Source of the DNA: Candidatus Dormiibacterota bacterium | Lineage (GTDB): Bacteria; Chloroflexota; Dormibacteria; Aeolococcales; Aeolococcaceae | Assembly (NCBI GenBank): GCA_963718525.1 | Contig: OY970355.1 | Coordinates: 896,001-960,000 of the forward strand | Length of the DNA: 64,000 bases | Direction of reading: 5' to 3' | Shown here: positions 28,007-37,759 of the stretch, in pieces | How positions within the stretch are numbered: the stretch's first letter is position 1 | Layout: the number at the start of each line of letters is the position of its first letter | Program-made: the position numbers and the translations under genes | The notes under the pieces: model-generated | Databases searched by the model: none | The model's input: only the letters and a program-made list of their open reading frames with translations | Told to the model about the DNA's origin: nothing

Positions 28007-28854
28007 GATTCCTCCTCCTGCTCGGCTTCACTGTCGTCGTCAAATGTCTTGCCCGTGAGCCGCAGGAAGACGTCTTCCAGCGACGCGCCATCGCCGCTCA
28101 CGCTGTGCTGCGCGCGCAGCTCCGCCGGTGATCCCTCGGCGAGAATCCTGCCGCGATCGAGGATGACCACGCGGTCGCAGAGCCGCTCCGCCTCCTCGAG
28201 GTCGTGCGTGCTCAGCAGCACGGTGACCCCGGACTCCGCGCGAATGTCACGTACGAATCCCTGCACCTCGCGCTTCGAACGCGGATCGAGGCCCGTTGTC
28301 GGCTCATCCATGAGCAGCAGTGATGGGCTCGTCAGCAGGCTGCGCGCGATCGCGACCTTCTGCTGCTGCCCGCGCGACAGCTGCTTCATCGGCCGGTCGA
28401 CGGTGTCGCGAGGGAGACCGAGACGCGTGAGCGCGGCAACCGCGGCGTCGCGCGTGCCCTTACCGCCCTGTCCATAGAGGCGCGTCGCGTAGGAGAGGTT
28501 CTCCCACGGGCTCATCTCTTTGAAGAAGCTCGCCTCCACGGAGACGCGGTTCACGTGGCGCCGAACCTCGTGGCCGTCGTCCACGACATCGTGGCCGAAG
28601 ACAAGCGCCGTCCCCTCATCAGGAATGGTCAGCGTTGCCAGGACCCGAAGCAATGTCGACTTGCCGCTGCCGTTCAGGCCGACGATGGCGACCATCTCAC
28701 CATCGGTGACGCGCAGGTCGACTGAATCGACGGCGCGTTTGTACCGGCTCGACTGCTCGCGCCGTCGCCACGGCGGTCCGCGTCGTTCGCGCCGGAACGA
28801 CTTCACCAGCCTGGTCACCTCGACGGCGATGCCGCCGTCACCTACCCTGGACAC
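28003..28854 (-). CDS. ABC exporter ATP-binding protein
   Basis: [29 protein letters not shown]; GTG start with AGGAG SD. Confidence 0.93.
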   Translation of the reverse strand: MSRVGDGGIAVEVTRLVKSFRRERRGPPWRRREQSSRYKRAVDSVDLRVTDGEMVAIVGLNGSGKSTLLRVLATLTIPDEGTALVFGHDVVDDGHEVRRHVNRVSVEASFFKEMSPWENLSYATRLYGQGGKGTRDAAVAALTRLGLPRDTVDRPMKQLSRGQQQKVAIARSLLTSPSLLLMDEPTTGLDPRSKREVQGFVRDIRAESGVTVLLSTHDLEEAERLCDRVVILDRGRILAEGSPAELRAQHSVSGDGASLEDVFLRLTGKTFDDDSEAEQEEES

Positions 28855-28891
28855 CGATTTCTCCTGCTCACGTTGTTGTTGCTCTTCTGGA

Positions 28892-28929
28892 CAAACAAAA
28901 GGACCGTGCCGGCCGGGCCGCACGATCCT
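28892..28929 (-). terminator. Intrinsic terminator (attenuator) in the ABC operon leader
   Basis: Minus strand GGATCGTGC-GGCCCGGCCG-GCACGGTCC followed by TTTTGTTTG, about 40 nt upstream of the ABC start. Confidence 0.8.
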
Positions 28930-28958
28930 GTGAGCAGAGCTCTTCGATGCTCAGAGAC

Positions 28959-29033
28959 TCAAGGAGCGACCCCCGACGTGCGGACACGTCCCACGGTGGG
29001 TCTGCCGCCGACTCCAATGCACTGCGTTGTCAT
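28959..29033 (-). CDS. Putative 24-aa leader peptide MTTQCIGVGGRPTVGRVRTSGVAP
   Basis: AAGGAG SD then ATG; stop 30 nt before the terminator hairpin. Confidence 0.55.
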   Translation of the reverse strand: MTTQCIGVGGRPTVGRVRTSGVAP

Positions 29034-29069
29034 CAAAAAGCGCTCCTTTGCGCGAACGAACGAGCGGTC

Positions 29070-29098
29070 ATGTTAGGTGCTGCGCGCGACGGTGTCAA
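29070..29098 (-). promoter_or_regulatory. Sigma70-type promoter TTGACA-N17-TAACAT for the ABC leader
   Basis: Consensus -35 at 29098-29093, 17-bp spacer, -10 at 29075-29070. Confidence 0.75.
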
Positions 29099-29131
29099 AC
29101 GCGCAGCGGTGGCTCGGGTTATCCTCGGCGC

Positions 29132-29497
29132 ATGTGCCGCGTCTGCATGAAGCGACCGGAGATCCCGGATGAGCGCTACGGCCGCTGCGAGCAGTGCGCC
29201 AAAGCCGGTCGCAACGCGTTTCGTTTCCGGCTCTTTCCCGCCCGCGGCGGCCCCGGGTTCACGGTCAAAGCCGGCGAGCTCTCGCCGCACGCGCTGCGCC
29301 AGAAGTGGCGTGCGCCGCTCGCCGCCTACAAGGGCCATGTGTCCACGAAGACGAATCTGGGGCTCCACGAGCTGGAGATGATCACCGCGAAAGAACGGGT
29401 CGAGAGCCTGCGGGTGGCGCCGGACCTCGCGGGACATGACGCAGAGGTGCTCGCCGCGTTGCACGATGCAGCCGAGCGGACCGATTCGGCGTGGTGA
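29132..29497 (+). CDS. Hypothetical protein with N-terminal CxxC...CxxC zinc finger
   Basis: MCRVC...RCEQC; TATCCT lies 6 nt upstream of the ATG. Confidence 0.7.
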   Translation: MCRVCMKRPEIPDERYGRCEQCAKAGRNAFRFRLFPARGGPGFTVKAGELSPHALRQKWRAPLAAYKGHVSTKTNLGLHELEMITAKERVESLRVAPDLAGHDAEVLAALHDAAERTDSAW

Positions 29498-29508
29498 CCA
29501 GGCGCGAG

Positions 29509-30777
29509 TCAGGCTGAGAACAGCCTCCACGTCAGCGACGGAGCGGCGATGGCGCTCGCGCTGACCACCCTCCACGTGATCGAGGTCTTTGCGTCCAGGA
29601 CTCCAGTGACCATCCCCACGGTCGTCCCCGCCGCGATCGGAGCGGGCGGAGACAGGTCGGTCACGTGAAAATGGAGCGCCGCGCCGGCACGTATGAACGC
29701 CTCAATGGTTTCCGTCGGCGACAGCGTCACGAGGGCGCTGTCCCCCCAACGCGTTGTCACCGACCCCGAGACCTGCGGGGCGAACGCGGCGAGATCGACC
29801 GCAGCATAGGCACCGTCCGCGGCGCTGACCGCTTGCTGCGCTGCAGCAAACGCCTGGCCGAGCTCAGGATGTGCCGGATCCCCAGCGGCTGCCGGCGGCT
29901 GCCCGAGCACCGCGCCCCACACCGTGACCATCTCACCAGTGCCGTACGTGATCTGGTCGGCGAAGAGCAGGCAGCCTCCTGCCGCTCCGGTCCAACCGGT
30001 TTTGATGCCCAGCCATCCCGCCTGCTGGTTGAGCAGGATGTCGAGGTTGTTGAGGATGGTGCCGTCGGGAAGCGACGCGTGCGCGGTTCCCACCAGGTCC
30101 TGGAGCGCGGGGTTGGCGATCACAGCCTTGGCGAGCGCGACGAGATCCGCTGCAGTCGAGACCGTTCTGACGCTGAGGCCGCTCGGATCGGCGAAATGCG
30201 TATGCGCCATGCCCAGCCCTGCCGCGGTTGCGTTGAGACGTGCGATGAACGCCGAACGGTTGCCCGATACCCAGACAGCCAGTGTCTCCGCGATGTTGTC
30301 GGCAGACGGCAGCAGCAGTGCCAGCAGGAGGTCGCGCTCAGTGAGGACCTCGCCCGCACGGACCCGGAGATTGGAGCCACCCTCGGCCAACGCCTGTCGA
30401 TACAGCAGCACGTCCGAGCCGGTCATCGTGATCGACGGACCATTCGCGCCGGGATCGAGCGGATGCGCAGCCAGGACGACGAGCGCGGTCATGGCCTTGG
30501 CGACCGATCCGATCGGCCGGACCGCAGCGGCGTTGCGCGCCACGATGCTCCCGCTCATGCTGGTCGCGAGCGCGAAACTGCCAGTGCCGGGCACGGGGAT
30601 CGGGGGAGGCCCGCTCCCATCGAGCAACACGGCGGCCGGCACATGGAGGCTCACCGCCGCGGGCGGTGGTGGAGCGGTGAGCCTCACGGCGACGAACGTG
30701 CCCGGTGCGATCACCACCGCGGTGATCACGACAACGAACACGATCCATACCCACGACGATCGCCGTGTCCCTGCCAT
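29509..30777 (-). CDS. D-alanyl-D-alanine carboxypeptidase (peptidase S11), membrane anchored
   Basis: GSVAK (SxxK), PSADN, F.DPSGL, GIKTG. Confidence 0.9.
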   Translation of the reverse strand: MAGTRRSSWVWIVFVVVITAVVIAPGTFVAVRLTAPPPPAAVSLHVPAAVLLDGSGPPPIPVPGTGSFALATSMSGSIVARNAAAVRPIGSVAKAMTALVVLAAHPLDPGANGPSITMTGSDVLLYRQALAEGGSNLRVRAGEVLTERDLLLALLLPSADNIAETLAVWVSGNRSAFIARLNATAAGLGMAHTHFADPSGLSVRTVSTAADLVALAKAVIANPALQDLVGTAHASLPDGTILNNLDILLNQQAGWLGIKTGWTGAAGGCLLFADQITYGTGEMVTVWGAVLGQPPAAAGDPAHPELGQAFAAAQQAVSAADGAYAAVDLAAFAPQVSGSVTTRWGDSALVTLSPTETIEAFIRAGAALHFHVTDLSPPAPIAAGTTVGMVTGVLDAKTSITWRVVSASAIAAPSLTWRLFSA

Positions 30778-30873
30778 CAGGCCTGTCTACACGCGTCGAC
30801 CCGTAGCATGCCTGGGTGCCTACCCACGACGACGTCGCAACGGCGACGGCGTCACATCACCCGACCTGACGGA

Positions 30874-31188
30874 TCAGGCCTTGGCCCGGCGCGGACCCCG
30901 AGCACCCTTCACCGCGGTGGAAAGCGAGGTGCTCGCCGAGAAACGAACCACCCGGCGGGCCGGCACCTTGACCGCCTCGCCTGTCCGCGGGTTGCGACCG
31001 AGCCGGGCTGCTCGCTGCGCCGTTTTGAAGTTGCCGAATCCATGGATGCGAACCTCGTCGCCCTTCTCCAGCGACTGCGCGATGGTGTCGAAGAACCAGC
31101 GCACCTCATCGCGTGCGGCGGTGACGGTGATTTCTGCACGATCTGCGAGTTGCTTTGCGAGCACATCGCGTGTCACGACTGTGGCCAT
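30874..31188 (-). CDS. hup: HU family DNA-binding protein
   Basis: GFGNF...R.AR.GRNPRTGE. Confidence 0.92.
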   Translation of the reverse strand: MATVVTRDVLAKQLADRAEITVTAARDEVRWFFDTIAQSLEKGDEVRIHGFGNFKTAQRAARLGRNPRTGEAVKVPARRVVRFSASTSLSTAVKGARGPRRAKA

Positions 31189-31299
31189 GCGTTCTCTCCA
31201 AGAGTCTGACGGGGAAACGGCCGCGATTGTAAGGAAAACCGACGTGCTTTCTCAACATCGATCGTGCCGGGCGCTGTGCTAGCGTCGCAACACGTGTCG

Positions 31300-32280
31300 A
31301 TGGCACACACCGGCGTCGCAGACGCGGAGTGGGACTTCGCGCTGCAGCGCATGGGCGGCCACTTCCTGCAGAGCACCCTGTGGCAGCGCGTCCAGACCGC
31401 TCTCGGCCATGACGTCATCTGGGCTCGTGACGAGCACTGGATGTGGGCCGGAGCCATTCGTGCCGGCCACTTTCCGCGTTACGTGTATCTGCCGCACGGC
31501 CCCACCGCGACGTCGGAGGATGCGCTGATCGATGCGCTCGCGCACGCCGTCGACGCGGCCCGTGTGCGCTCGCTCGACTTCGTCCGTGCCGAACCGCCCG
31601 GCGCGTTCGCGCCGTCTGCTCTCGCGGCCTCCGGCGCGCATCCGAGCAGATCGATCCAGCCGCGCTGGACGTGGATTCTCGATCTCACACCGGACGAGGC
31701 GGCGCTGCGACGCGGGCTGAGCTCCGGACACCGAGGGGCGATCAATGCCGCATCGCGGCGGGGCCTGACCATCCGCGCGAGCGAAGATCCTGACGACATC
31801 GACGTTTTCCTGGCTCTCCAGGAGCGCACCGCTGCGGCGGGACGGTTTCGCGGACAGGAGCAGTCGTATCACCGTGCGGTGGCTCGGACGCTGATGCCCG
31901 AGCACGCCGCGGTGCTCTATATCGCTGAAGCGTCGGGCGTCCCCGTCGCTGCCGCACTCTGCTTCGACTTCTCAGCGACCAGGTACTACGCGCACGCCGT
32001 GTCGGACCCGGAATCCGGGCGCAAGCTCCAGGCGGCTGCGCCACTGGTCTGGCGGATGCTCCTCGATGCACGGGAGAAAGGCGCGCTGCGCTTCGACTTC
32101 TGGGGCATCCATCCCGTTGGCGGGACAGCGGACGGGGCAGCACCGCATCCGTGGGACGGTTTTTCGCAATTCAAGCGGTCGTTCGGCGGCAAGGCGGTGG
32201 AACGCGCCGGCACCTGGGACCTCGGAGTCCGTTCATTGCGCCACAGCCTGTATCGCGCGGCCGTGCGGCTGCGGCGATGA
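31300..32280 (+). CDS. FemABX family peptidoglycan bridge aminoacyltransferase (1)
   Basis: HFLQSTLW, YLPHGP, FDFWG, G..QFKRSFGG, GTWD; start could also be GTG 31294 or 31264. Confidence 0.88.
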   Translation: MAHTGVADAEWDFALQRMGGHFLQSTLWQRVQTALGHDVIWARDEHWMWAGAIRAGHFPRYVYLPHGPTATSEDALIDALAHAVDAARVRSLDFVRAEPPGAFAPSALAASGAHPSRSIQPRWTWILDLTPDEAALRRGLSSGHRGAINAASRRGLTIRASEDPDDIDVFLALQERTAAAGRFRGQEQSYHRAVARTLMPEHAAVLYIAEASGVPVAAALCFDFSATRYYAHAVSDPESGRKLQAAAPLVWRMLLDAREKGALRFDFWGIHPVGGTADGAAPHPWDGFSQFKRSFGGKAVERAGTWDLGVRSLRHSLYRAAVRLRR

Positions 32281-33317
32281 GACCGGCAAACCCGGAGGAG
32301 CTCGGACGCTGGGACGAGTTCGTCGTCGCCAACCCGGATGGCGGACAGATCCTGCAGACGCGCGCGTGGGGGGAATTCAAGCGCAGGCATCGCTGGCTGC
32401 CCAGCTACCTGCTCTCGGAAACCCAGCCGTCAGTGGCGGTCCTCGAGCTTCGCCATTCGGTGCCAGGGCTTGGTGTCCTGGGGTACGTCCCCAAAGGGCC
32501 GGGTGTGTCAGACCTCGGGCGGTTGCCGGCCGTCCTCGACGGGCTCCGCGCGACGGCCGGTTCCGCATTCGCGATCAAGGTTGAGCCGGAGATCGAGCAG
32601 AGCCAGGATGCAACGGCGGCACTCGGCGCCATGGGCCTCGAGAAGTCGCGTCACGATGTGCAGATCAGCAGGGCGACGATCATCGTGGACCTCCGTCCCG
32701 ATGAGGACGCGCTCCTCGCTTCGTTCAAGCCGAAATGCCGATACAACATCCGCCTGGCGGACCGCCGCGGGGTGACGGTGGCGCCCGTGCCGCTCGACGA
32801 CGAGAGCATCGCCACCATGTACTCGCTGATGGCGTCGACACGCGATCGCGCCGGGTTCACGCTGCGCAGCAAGGAGTATTTCTCGCAGTACTGGCGTCTT
32901 CACGCCGCCGCCGGTCAGGGTCAGCTGTTCTTTGCCTCACTCGACGGCGAGGTGCTCGCCGGGGTCTTCGCCACCTACCTGGGCCGGAAAGCCTGGTATA
33001 AGGACGGCGGATCAACCAAGGAGCACGCCGCGGTGATGGCACCGCACCTGCTCCAGTGGGAGGTCATGCGCTGGCTCCGGTCGCGCGGCGTCGAAGCCTA
33101 TGACCTGGTCGCCGTGCCTCCTGCCGCCGAGCTCACCCCGGCGCACCCCCTGTACGGGTTATATCGCTTCAAGTCCGGATTCAGCGAGCGCATCACCGAG
33201 TACGTGGGCACGTGGGACCTGCCGATCCGCCGCAGTCGCCATGCGGCGTGGACTGCGGTTGGCGAGCGAGCCGCCCACCAGTGGGCGTATCGCGTGCGCC
33301 ACGACCTGCTCTACTAG
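32277..33317 (+). CDS. FemABX family peptidoglycan bridge aminoacyltransferase (2)
   Basis: ILQTRAWGEFK, YVPKGP, RYNIRLA, HLLQWE, GLYRFKSGF. Confidence 0.9.
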   Translation: MRPANPEELGRWDEFVVANPDGGQILQTRAWGEFKRRHRWLPSYLLSETQPSVAVLELRHSVPGLGVLGYVPKGPGVSDLGRLPAVLDGLRATAGSAFAIKVEPEIEQSQDATAALGAMGLEKSRHDVQISRATIIVDLRPDEDALLASFKPKCRYNIRLADRRGVTVAPVPLDDESIATMYSLMASTRDRAGFTLRSKEYFSQYWRLHAAAGQGQLFFASLDGEVLAGVFATYLGRKAWYKDGGSTKEHAAVMAPHLLQWEVMRWLRSRGVEAYDLVAVPPAAELTPAHPLYGLYRFKSGFSERITEYVGTWDLPIRRSRHAAWTAVGERAAHQWAYRVRHDLLY

Positions 33318-34609
33318 CGCCAGATCCTCTTCATGATCACCTTCGACAGCTTCTCCGGGTCGTGGTGGGTCGAGATCTGGGACGACGCGACGTCCGCAAG
33401 GATGTAATTCACAGGCTGGAGTGTCGCCTGGTCGCGGTCGAACCCGACGCGGGTGACCCCGGCTTCAACCGCCGACGGTGGCAGCGGCAGCCCCACGTTG
33501 CTGTTGACGATCACGTAGTCGAACAGGCTCACGCCCACGTGGTCCTCGATGGTCTTGAGGTGCTCGCTCACCGAGAAACCCATGGTCTCTCCGGGCTGGC
33601 CGGCGATGTTGCACACGTAGACCTTCACGGCGGGACTCGCCCGTAGTGCTTCGACCATGCCCTCGATCAGCAGGTTGGGGAGGATCGACGTGTAGAGGGA
33701 TCCCGGCCCGACGATGATCAGCTCCGCGGCCAGGATCGCGCTCTCCGCTTCGGGGTTGATCTCGGCGTCCGCCGGCTCGAGGAAGACGCGGTCAATCTGG
33801 TCGACACCGTAGGGGACCTTCGACTCGCCGACTCTCAGCTCGCTCCCGGCGGTGGCGCAGAGCACGACATCGCGAAGCGTGGATGGCACGATCTGACCGC
33901 GGACGGCCAGAACCCTACCGGACTCCCGGATCGCGTGCTCGAAGTCACCGGTGATCTCCGCCATCGCGGTGATGAAGAGATTGCCGAAGGAATGACCTGA
34001 GAGCGCGCCCTCTCCGCCAAACCGGTACTGGAACAGCTCGGTCATCAGGGGCTCGGTCTCGGCAAGCGCGGTGAGGCACTGGCGGATGTCGCCCGGGGGC
34101 AGGACGCGATACTCCTCGCGCAGCCGGCCGCTGGACCCTCCATCGTCGGCGACCGTCACGATCGCGACGATGTTCCCTGTGTACTTCTTCACGCCTCTGA
34201 GCAGAGCGGAGAGGCCGGTGCCGCCGCCGATCGCCACGAGGCGCGGACCCTTGGCCAGCGAGCGGAACTTGAAGAGCTGCTCAGCCAGGCCGCGGTTGGT
34301 GCTGCCGCGCCCGGGCAGGAACGGTCCGAGGATCGACTGGCCGAGCTTGTAGAAGCTCAGGATGATGAGCCCGATGCCGACCAGCGCGAACATGAGCGCG
34401 CGAACCAGGCGCGGCAGGAACTGCAGCGTCAGGTCGCCGACCCAGTTCGGAAAGTGGATCTGCGCGCTGTAGAGATCACGCAGCAGGTAGCCCGCGGCGA
34501 GGCCGATCATCACGATCGCCACGAACAGGAGCAGCAACCAGCGTTTGACGTGAAGCCCCGGCGTGAACCAGCGCATCAGGTTCGTGCTCGGGCGGATTCG
34601 TACCTTCAT
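33314..34609 (-). CDS. yvcK: YvcK/GlmR family protein with N-terminal membrane segments
   Basis: AIGGGTGLS, VADDGGSSGRLR, PPGDIR, GHSFGNL, GPGSLYTS. Confidence 0.92.
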   Translation of the reverse strand: MKVRIRPSTNLMRWFTPGLHVKRWLLLLFVAIVMIGLAAGYLLRDLYSAQIHFPNWVGDLTLQFLPRLVRALMFALVGIGLIILSFYKLGQSILGPFLPGRGSTNRGLAEQLFKFRSLAKGPRLVAIGGGTGLSALLRGVKKYTGNIVAIVTVADDGGSSGRLREEYRVLPPGDIRQCLTALAETEPLMTELFQYRFGGEGALSGHSFGNLFITAMAEITGDFEHAIRESGRVLAVRGQIVPSTLRDVVLCATAGSELRVGESKVPYGVDQIDRVFLEPADAEINPEAESAILAAELIIVGPGSLYTSILPNLLIEGMVEALRASPAVKVYVCNIAGQPGETMGFSVSEHLKTIEDHVGVSLFDYVIVNSNVGLPLPPSAVEAGVTRVGFDRDQATLQPVNYILADVASSQISTHHDPEKLSKVIMKRIWR

Positions 34610-34671
34610 ACCGCGTCCCGATTCTGGCACTTCGGCTCCCGCGTGCCCGCGATCCGGGAAGGTGGGCCGCT

Positions 34672-35709
34672 TTAGAGAGTGGTCCGGCTCTCCCCTTTCG
34701 ATGCCAATTCAACCGGGTCGCGGCGGCGGCGCAGCTTTGCCAGGTTGTGCTCGGCTTCGATGTATCTCGCGGTTCCGGAGTACGACCGCATCACCAGGCT
34801 CTGGGTGTGGCAGCGGTCCTCGCCGAGAAACCGGACCCCCTCGAGAAGCTCGCCGCTGGTGATCCCGGTCGCCGCGAAGAACACGTTGTCGCCGGAAACG
34901 AGGTCGTCGAGCTCGAGGACATCGCCGGCGTGCTTGCCCTCACGCTCCTCGACGCCGTGTTCGGTCTCGCCGACCCAGATCCGCGCCTGCATGCCGCCTC
35001 CGATGCATTTGATGCCACACGCGGCGAGCACTGCCTCCGGAGCGCCCCCGATTCCCATGAGCACGTCGATGCCGGTGCGGTGCTCCATCGCGGCCATGAG
35101 GCCCGCGGCGACGTCGCCGTCCATGATCAGCTTCACCCGCGCGCCGGCCGATCGAATCTCCTCGAGGAGCGCCTCGTGGCGTTCGCGGTCGAGGACGACT
35201 ACGGTCAGGTCCTCGACGCGACGGTCCTCGGCTCTTGCGATCCGTTTCAGGTTCTGCGCCACCGGTGCCGTGATGTCGATCACGCGGGCCGCCGCCGGTC
35301 CGACGATCAGCTTCTCCATGTAGTGGAGGTGGGTGTGGAACATGGAGCCCCGCTCGGCGAGCGCCACCGTCGCTATCCCACCCGGAATGCCCCGCGCGAC
35401 CAGCCTGGTCCCGTCGATCGGATCCACCGCGACGTCGACCGCCGGGGGGTTGCCGTTGCCGACCTGCTCGCCGATGTAGAGCATCGGGGCCTCATCCTTC
35501 TCGCCCTCGCCGATGACCACGACGCCGTCCATGTCGACGAACCCGAGGCTGCGTCGCATCGAATCGACCGCGGCCTGGTCCGCCTGCTCCTTCTGGTTGC
35601 GCCCCATGTGCCGAGCCGCGGCCATTGCTGCGCCCTCCGTGACGCGGACCAGCTCGAGGGCAAGGTTGCGGTCAATCGGTGTCCCCAGGTCGCGAGGCCG
35701 CGTTGCCAT
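34672..35709 (-). CDS. glpX: Fructose-1,6-bisphosphatase class II
   Basis: ELVRVTE, VIGEGEKDEAPML, VDPIDGT, FAATGIT. Confidence 0.95.
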   Translation of the reverse strand: MATRPRDLGTPIDRNLALELVRVTEGAAMAAARHMGRNQKEQADQAAVDSMRRSLGFVDMDGVVVIGEGEKDEAPMLYIGEQVGNGNPPAVDVAVDPIDGTRLVARGIPGGIATVALAERGSMFHTHLHYMEKLIVGPAAARVIDITAPVAQNLKRIARAEDRRVEDLTVVVLDRERHEALLEEIRSAGARVKLIMDGDVAAGLMAAMEHRTGIDVLMGIGGAPEAVLAACGIKCIGGGMQARIWVGETEHGVEEREGKHAGDVLELDDLVSGDNVFFAATGITSGELLEGVRFLGEDRCHTQSLVMRSYSGTARYIEAEHNLAKLRRRRDPVELASKGESRTTL

Positions 35710-35719
35710 CAGCCCGCGA

Positions 35720-36577
35720 TCATACGGCGCGGGTCCGGGTGAGCCCAGCGGTGCCGAAGGCGACGATGGCGTCGGCGGCGCACCGGATGCCTTCGCCAAG
35801 CGCGGCGTCGAGCGCGGCGTCATCGGTGCTCTCGACCTTCGCGACGTGGCCGAGGAATCCTCCGGCCAGGGCGTCGCCGGCGCCGGTCGGATCGATGACG
35901 TCCGCCACCGGGGCAGCGGGCCGCTCGGCGATCCGGTCCGCCGTGACGCACGCAGCGCCGCGGGGGCCCATCTTCACCACGACTGCCCGCAGCCGCCCTC
36001 TGCCGCAGAGCGCGGCAGCCGACCGGCGCCAATCCTCGATTCCGGTGAGTGCCCCGAGCTCGGCCTCGGTGAGGAAGAGAACGTCCACTCGCTCGACCAC
36101 AGCGCTGAGCGCATCAGGGCGGCTGTCGATGAACTCGGTCATGGAGTCGGCGCCGATGAAGCGCGCCGCTGATTGATCGATCACGGCTCGTTGGAGGCCT
36201 GGATCCATGCTTCCGACAAAGAAGACCTCGGCGCGGCGCGACCTCGCCGTCAGCACCGGTTCCCACTCTGGATCGCAACCAGGCTCTGACGACTCGCGCG
36301 ACGTCGCCCAGCGCTCGAAGTCGTGCACCGCATGCCATCGGAACGTCGGTGATTCGCTCACCACCAAACCCTCGAGGTCGATGTCCTCACCGGCGAGGAT
36401 CCGGCGGTATTCGTCGACCGTGTCGCGGCCCACGATGCCGTTGAGGTGCACCGGAGCAGAGCGCGACGCAGCGAGCGCGAAGTACACCGCCGACCCTCCG
36501 AGCGCGTCGTTCCTGCCTGCGGGGGTGGTCAGATCGTCGCTGTGCAGCGTGCCGGCGACCGCGACCTCCCAGGCCAC
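35720..36577 (-). CDS. PfkB family carbohydrate kinase
   Basis: LGGSAVY, VVKMGPRG, DPTGAGDALAGG; GTG start inferred. Confidence 0.9.
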   Translation of the reverse strand: MAWEVAVAGTLHSDDLTTPAGRNDALGGSAVYFALAASRSAPVHLNGIVGRDTVDEYRRILAGEDIDLEGLVVSESPTFRWHAVHDFERWATSRESSEPGCDPEWEPVLTARSRRAEVFFVGSMDPGLQRAVIDQSAARFIGADSMTEFIDSRPDALSAVVERVDVLFLTEAELGALTGIEDWRRSAAALCGRGRLRAVVVKMGPRGAACVTADRIAERPAAPVADVIDPTGAGDALAGGFLGHVAKVESTDDAALDAALGEGIRCAADAIVAFGTAGLTRTRAV

Positions 36578-36590
36578 GTCGGAAGTGGCG

Positions 36591-36998
36591 TCAGCCTGCG
36601 GCCGCGGTGCGGTTCCGCTCGCCGAAGAGCGGAATGATCGGCGCGAGCCTTGGGCGCCGCGAGTCGACGGCGCGCATGAGCAGCACCTCCTGCGCCTCGA
36701 AGAGGATGTCGGCCACGTGGTCGGGGTTGCGGTCGATGCCCAGCCGGTCGCGCAGGCCCGGGTCCACCGCACCCACAGCGCGGACGACGGCACTCCAGAG
36801 GGCGGCCGGGATCAGTCTGAACGAGCGCATCCGGCATTCCTCGATGAGGTCGATGAGCACGTCGGCCTCGCGCACACGTAGACGGGTACGGGAGATGCGC
36901 TCTCGCCTGAAAGCCGCCTCACGTTCCACGCGGGCGATCTCCAGGCACGTCCGCTCCATCGGACCGGGCTGTGTCTGGCGAGTGGCGGCCGCGTGCAT
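36591..36998 (-). CDS. Hypothetical helical protein
   Basis: ORF sits in a same-strand gene run and has protein-like composition. Confidence 0.65.
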   Translation of the reverse strand: MHAAATRQTQPGPMERTCLEIARVEREAAFRRERISRTRLRVREADVLIDLIEECRMRSFRLIPAALWSAVVRAVGAVDPGLRDRLGIDRNPDHVADILFEAQEVLLMRAVDSRRPRLAPIIPLFGERNRTAAAG

Positions 36999-37049
36999 CA
37001 GCGGATTGTCCCACGCCCGGCTGGGACTGCGAAGTTCGGTTGACTGCTG

Positions 37050-37679
37050 TTACACGGGATAGCAGATGGAGCGCCAGCGTCCACCGCCGGGAACGAGGTG
37101 CACCACCCGCTTGATCCTGGCAACCGGTTCAGGGTCTCCCACCTCGTACTCGACGTCGAGCTCCGCGACATCGTGGTACGTCCTGCCCCGCGACGTCTCG
37201 ATCCACTCGGGCAGGTAGCGGACCTCTTTGACGCTCACTCCGCGCAGGCGGCGCATCGCAGATGCTCCCTGCGCCTCGGCGAAAGCCTCGGGCGAGCCCC
37301 AGCTCAGCTGGCAGTCCTCGCTGAGCAGCGAGAAGGCGCGCCGATACTGGTTCGCACGCATCAGCTCGACGAAAAGCGCCTCGCTGAAGGCGGGGTTGCC
37401 TGGAGGCCTGCTGCCGATCGGCGCGCGGCCGCGTTCGTGCGCATCGACGAGCGCTGCGGCTCGACGGGACGTGACGTTGGCGGTCTCGCTACCGGCCCAG
37501 AACGACCTGGTCGCCGCGTCGACCTGGGTCGGCCGCGGCGCCGGCGCGGCGACCTGCGGCGCGGCTGCGACCGACGTCCGGCGATCCGGCCGGCGCAGCC
37601 AACGGGTGAAGCGACTGCCGTCGAAGCGCCCGCGTCGCGGACGCTCGGTGCCGATCAGGACGTGGGGTGGCAGCGGCAT
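37050..37679 (-). CDS. Hypothetical protein, C-terminal domain possibly NTF2-like
   Basis: AFSLLS...F pattern and terminal HLV....RWR strand; TACACT upstream of the ATG. Confidence 0.6.
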   Translation of the reverse strand: MPLPPHVLIGTERPRRGRFDGSRFTRWLRRPDRRTSVAAAPQVAAPAPRPTQVDAATRSFWAGSETANVTSRRAAALVDAHERGRAPIGSRPPGNPAFSEALFVELMRANQYRRAFSLLSEDCQLSWGSPEAFAEAQGASAMRRLRGVSVKEVRYLPEWIETSRGRTYHDVAELDVEYEVGDPEPVARIKRVVHLVPGGGRWRSICYPV

Positions 37680-37759
37680 CGCCGGGGCCAGTGTACGCAA
37701 CCTGGTGATGCGGGCGAGGGCGGGCAGGCGGGCAGGGTCTTTCCCTACGATGCGCGGTG

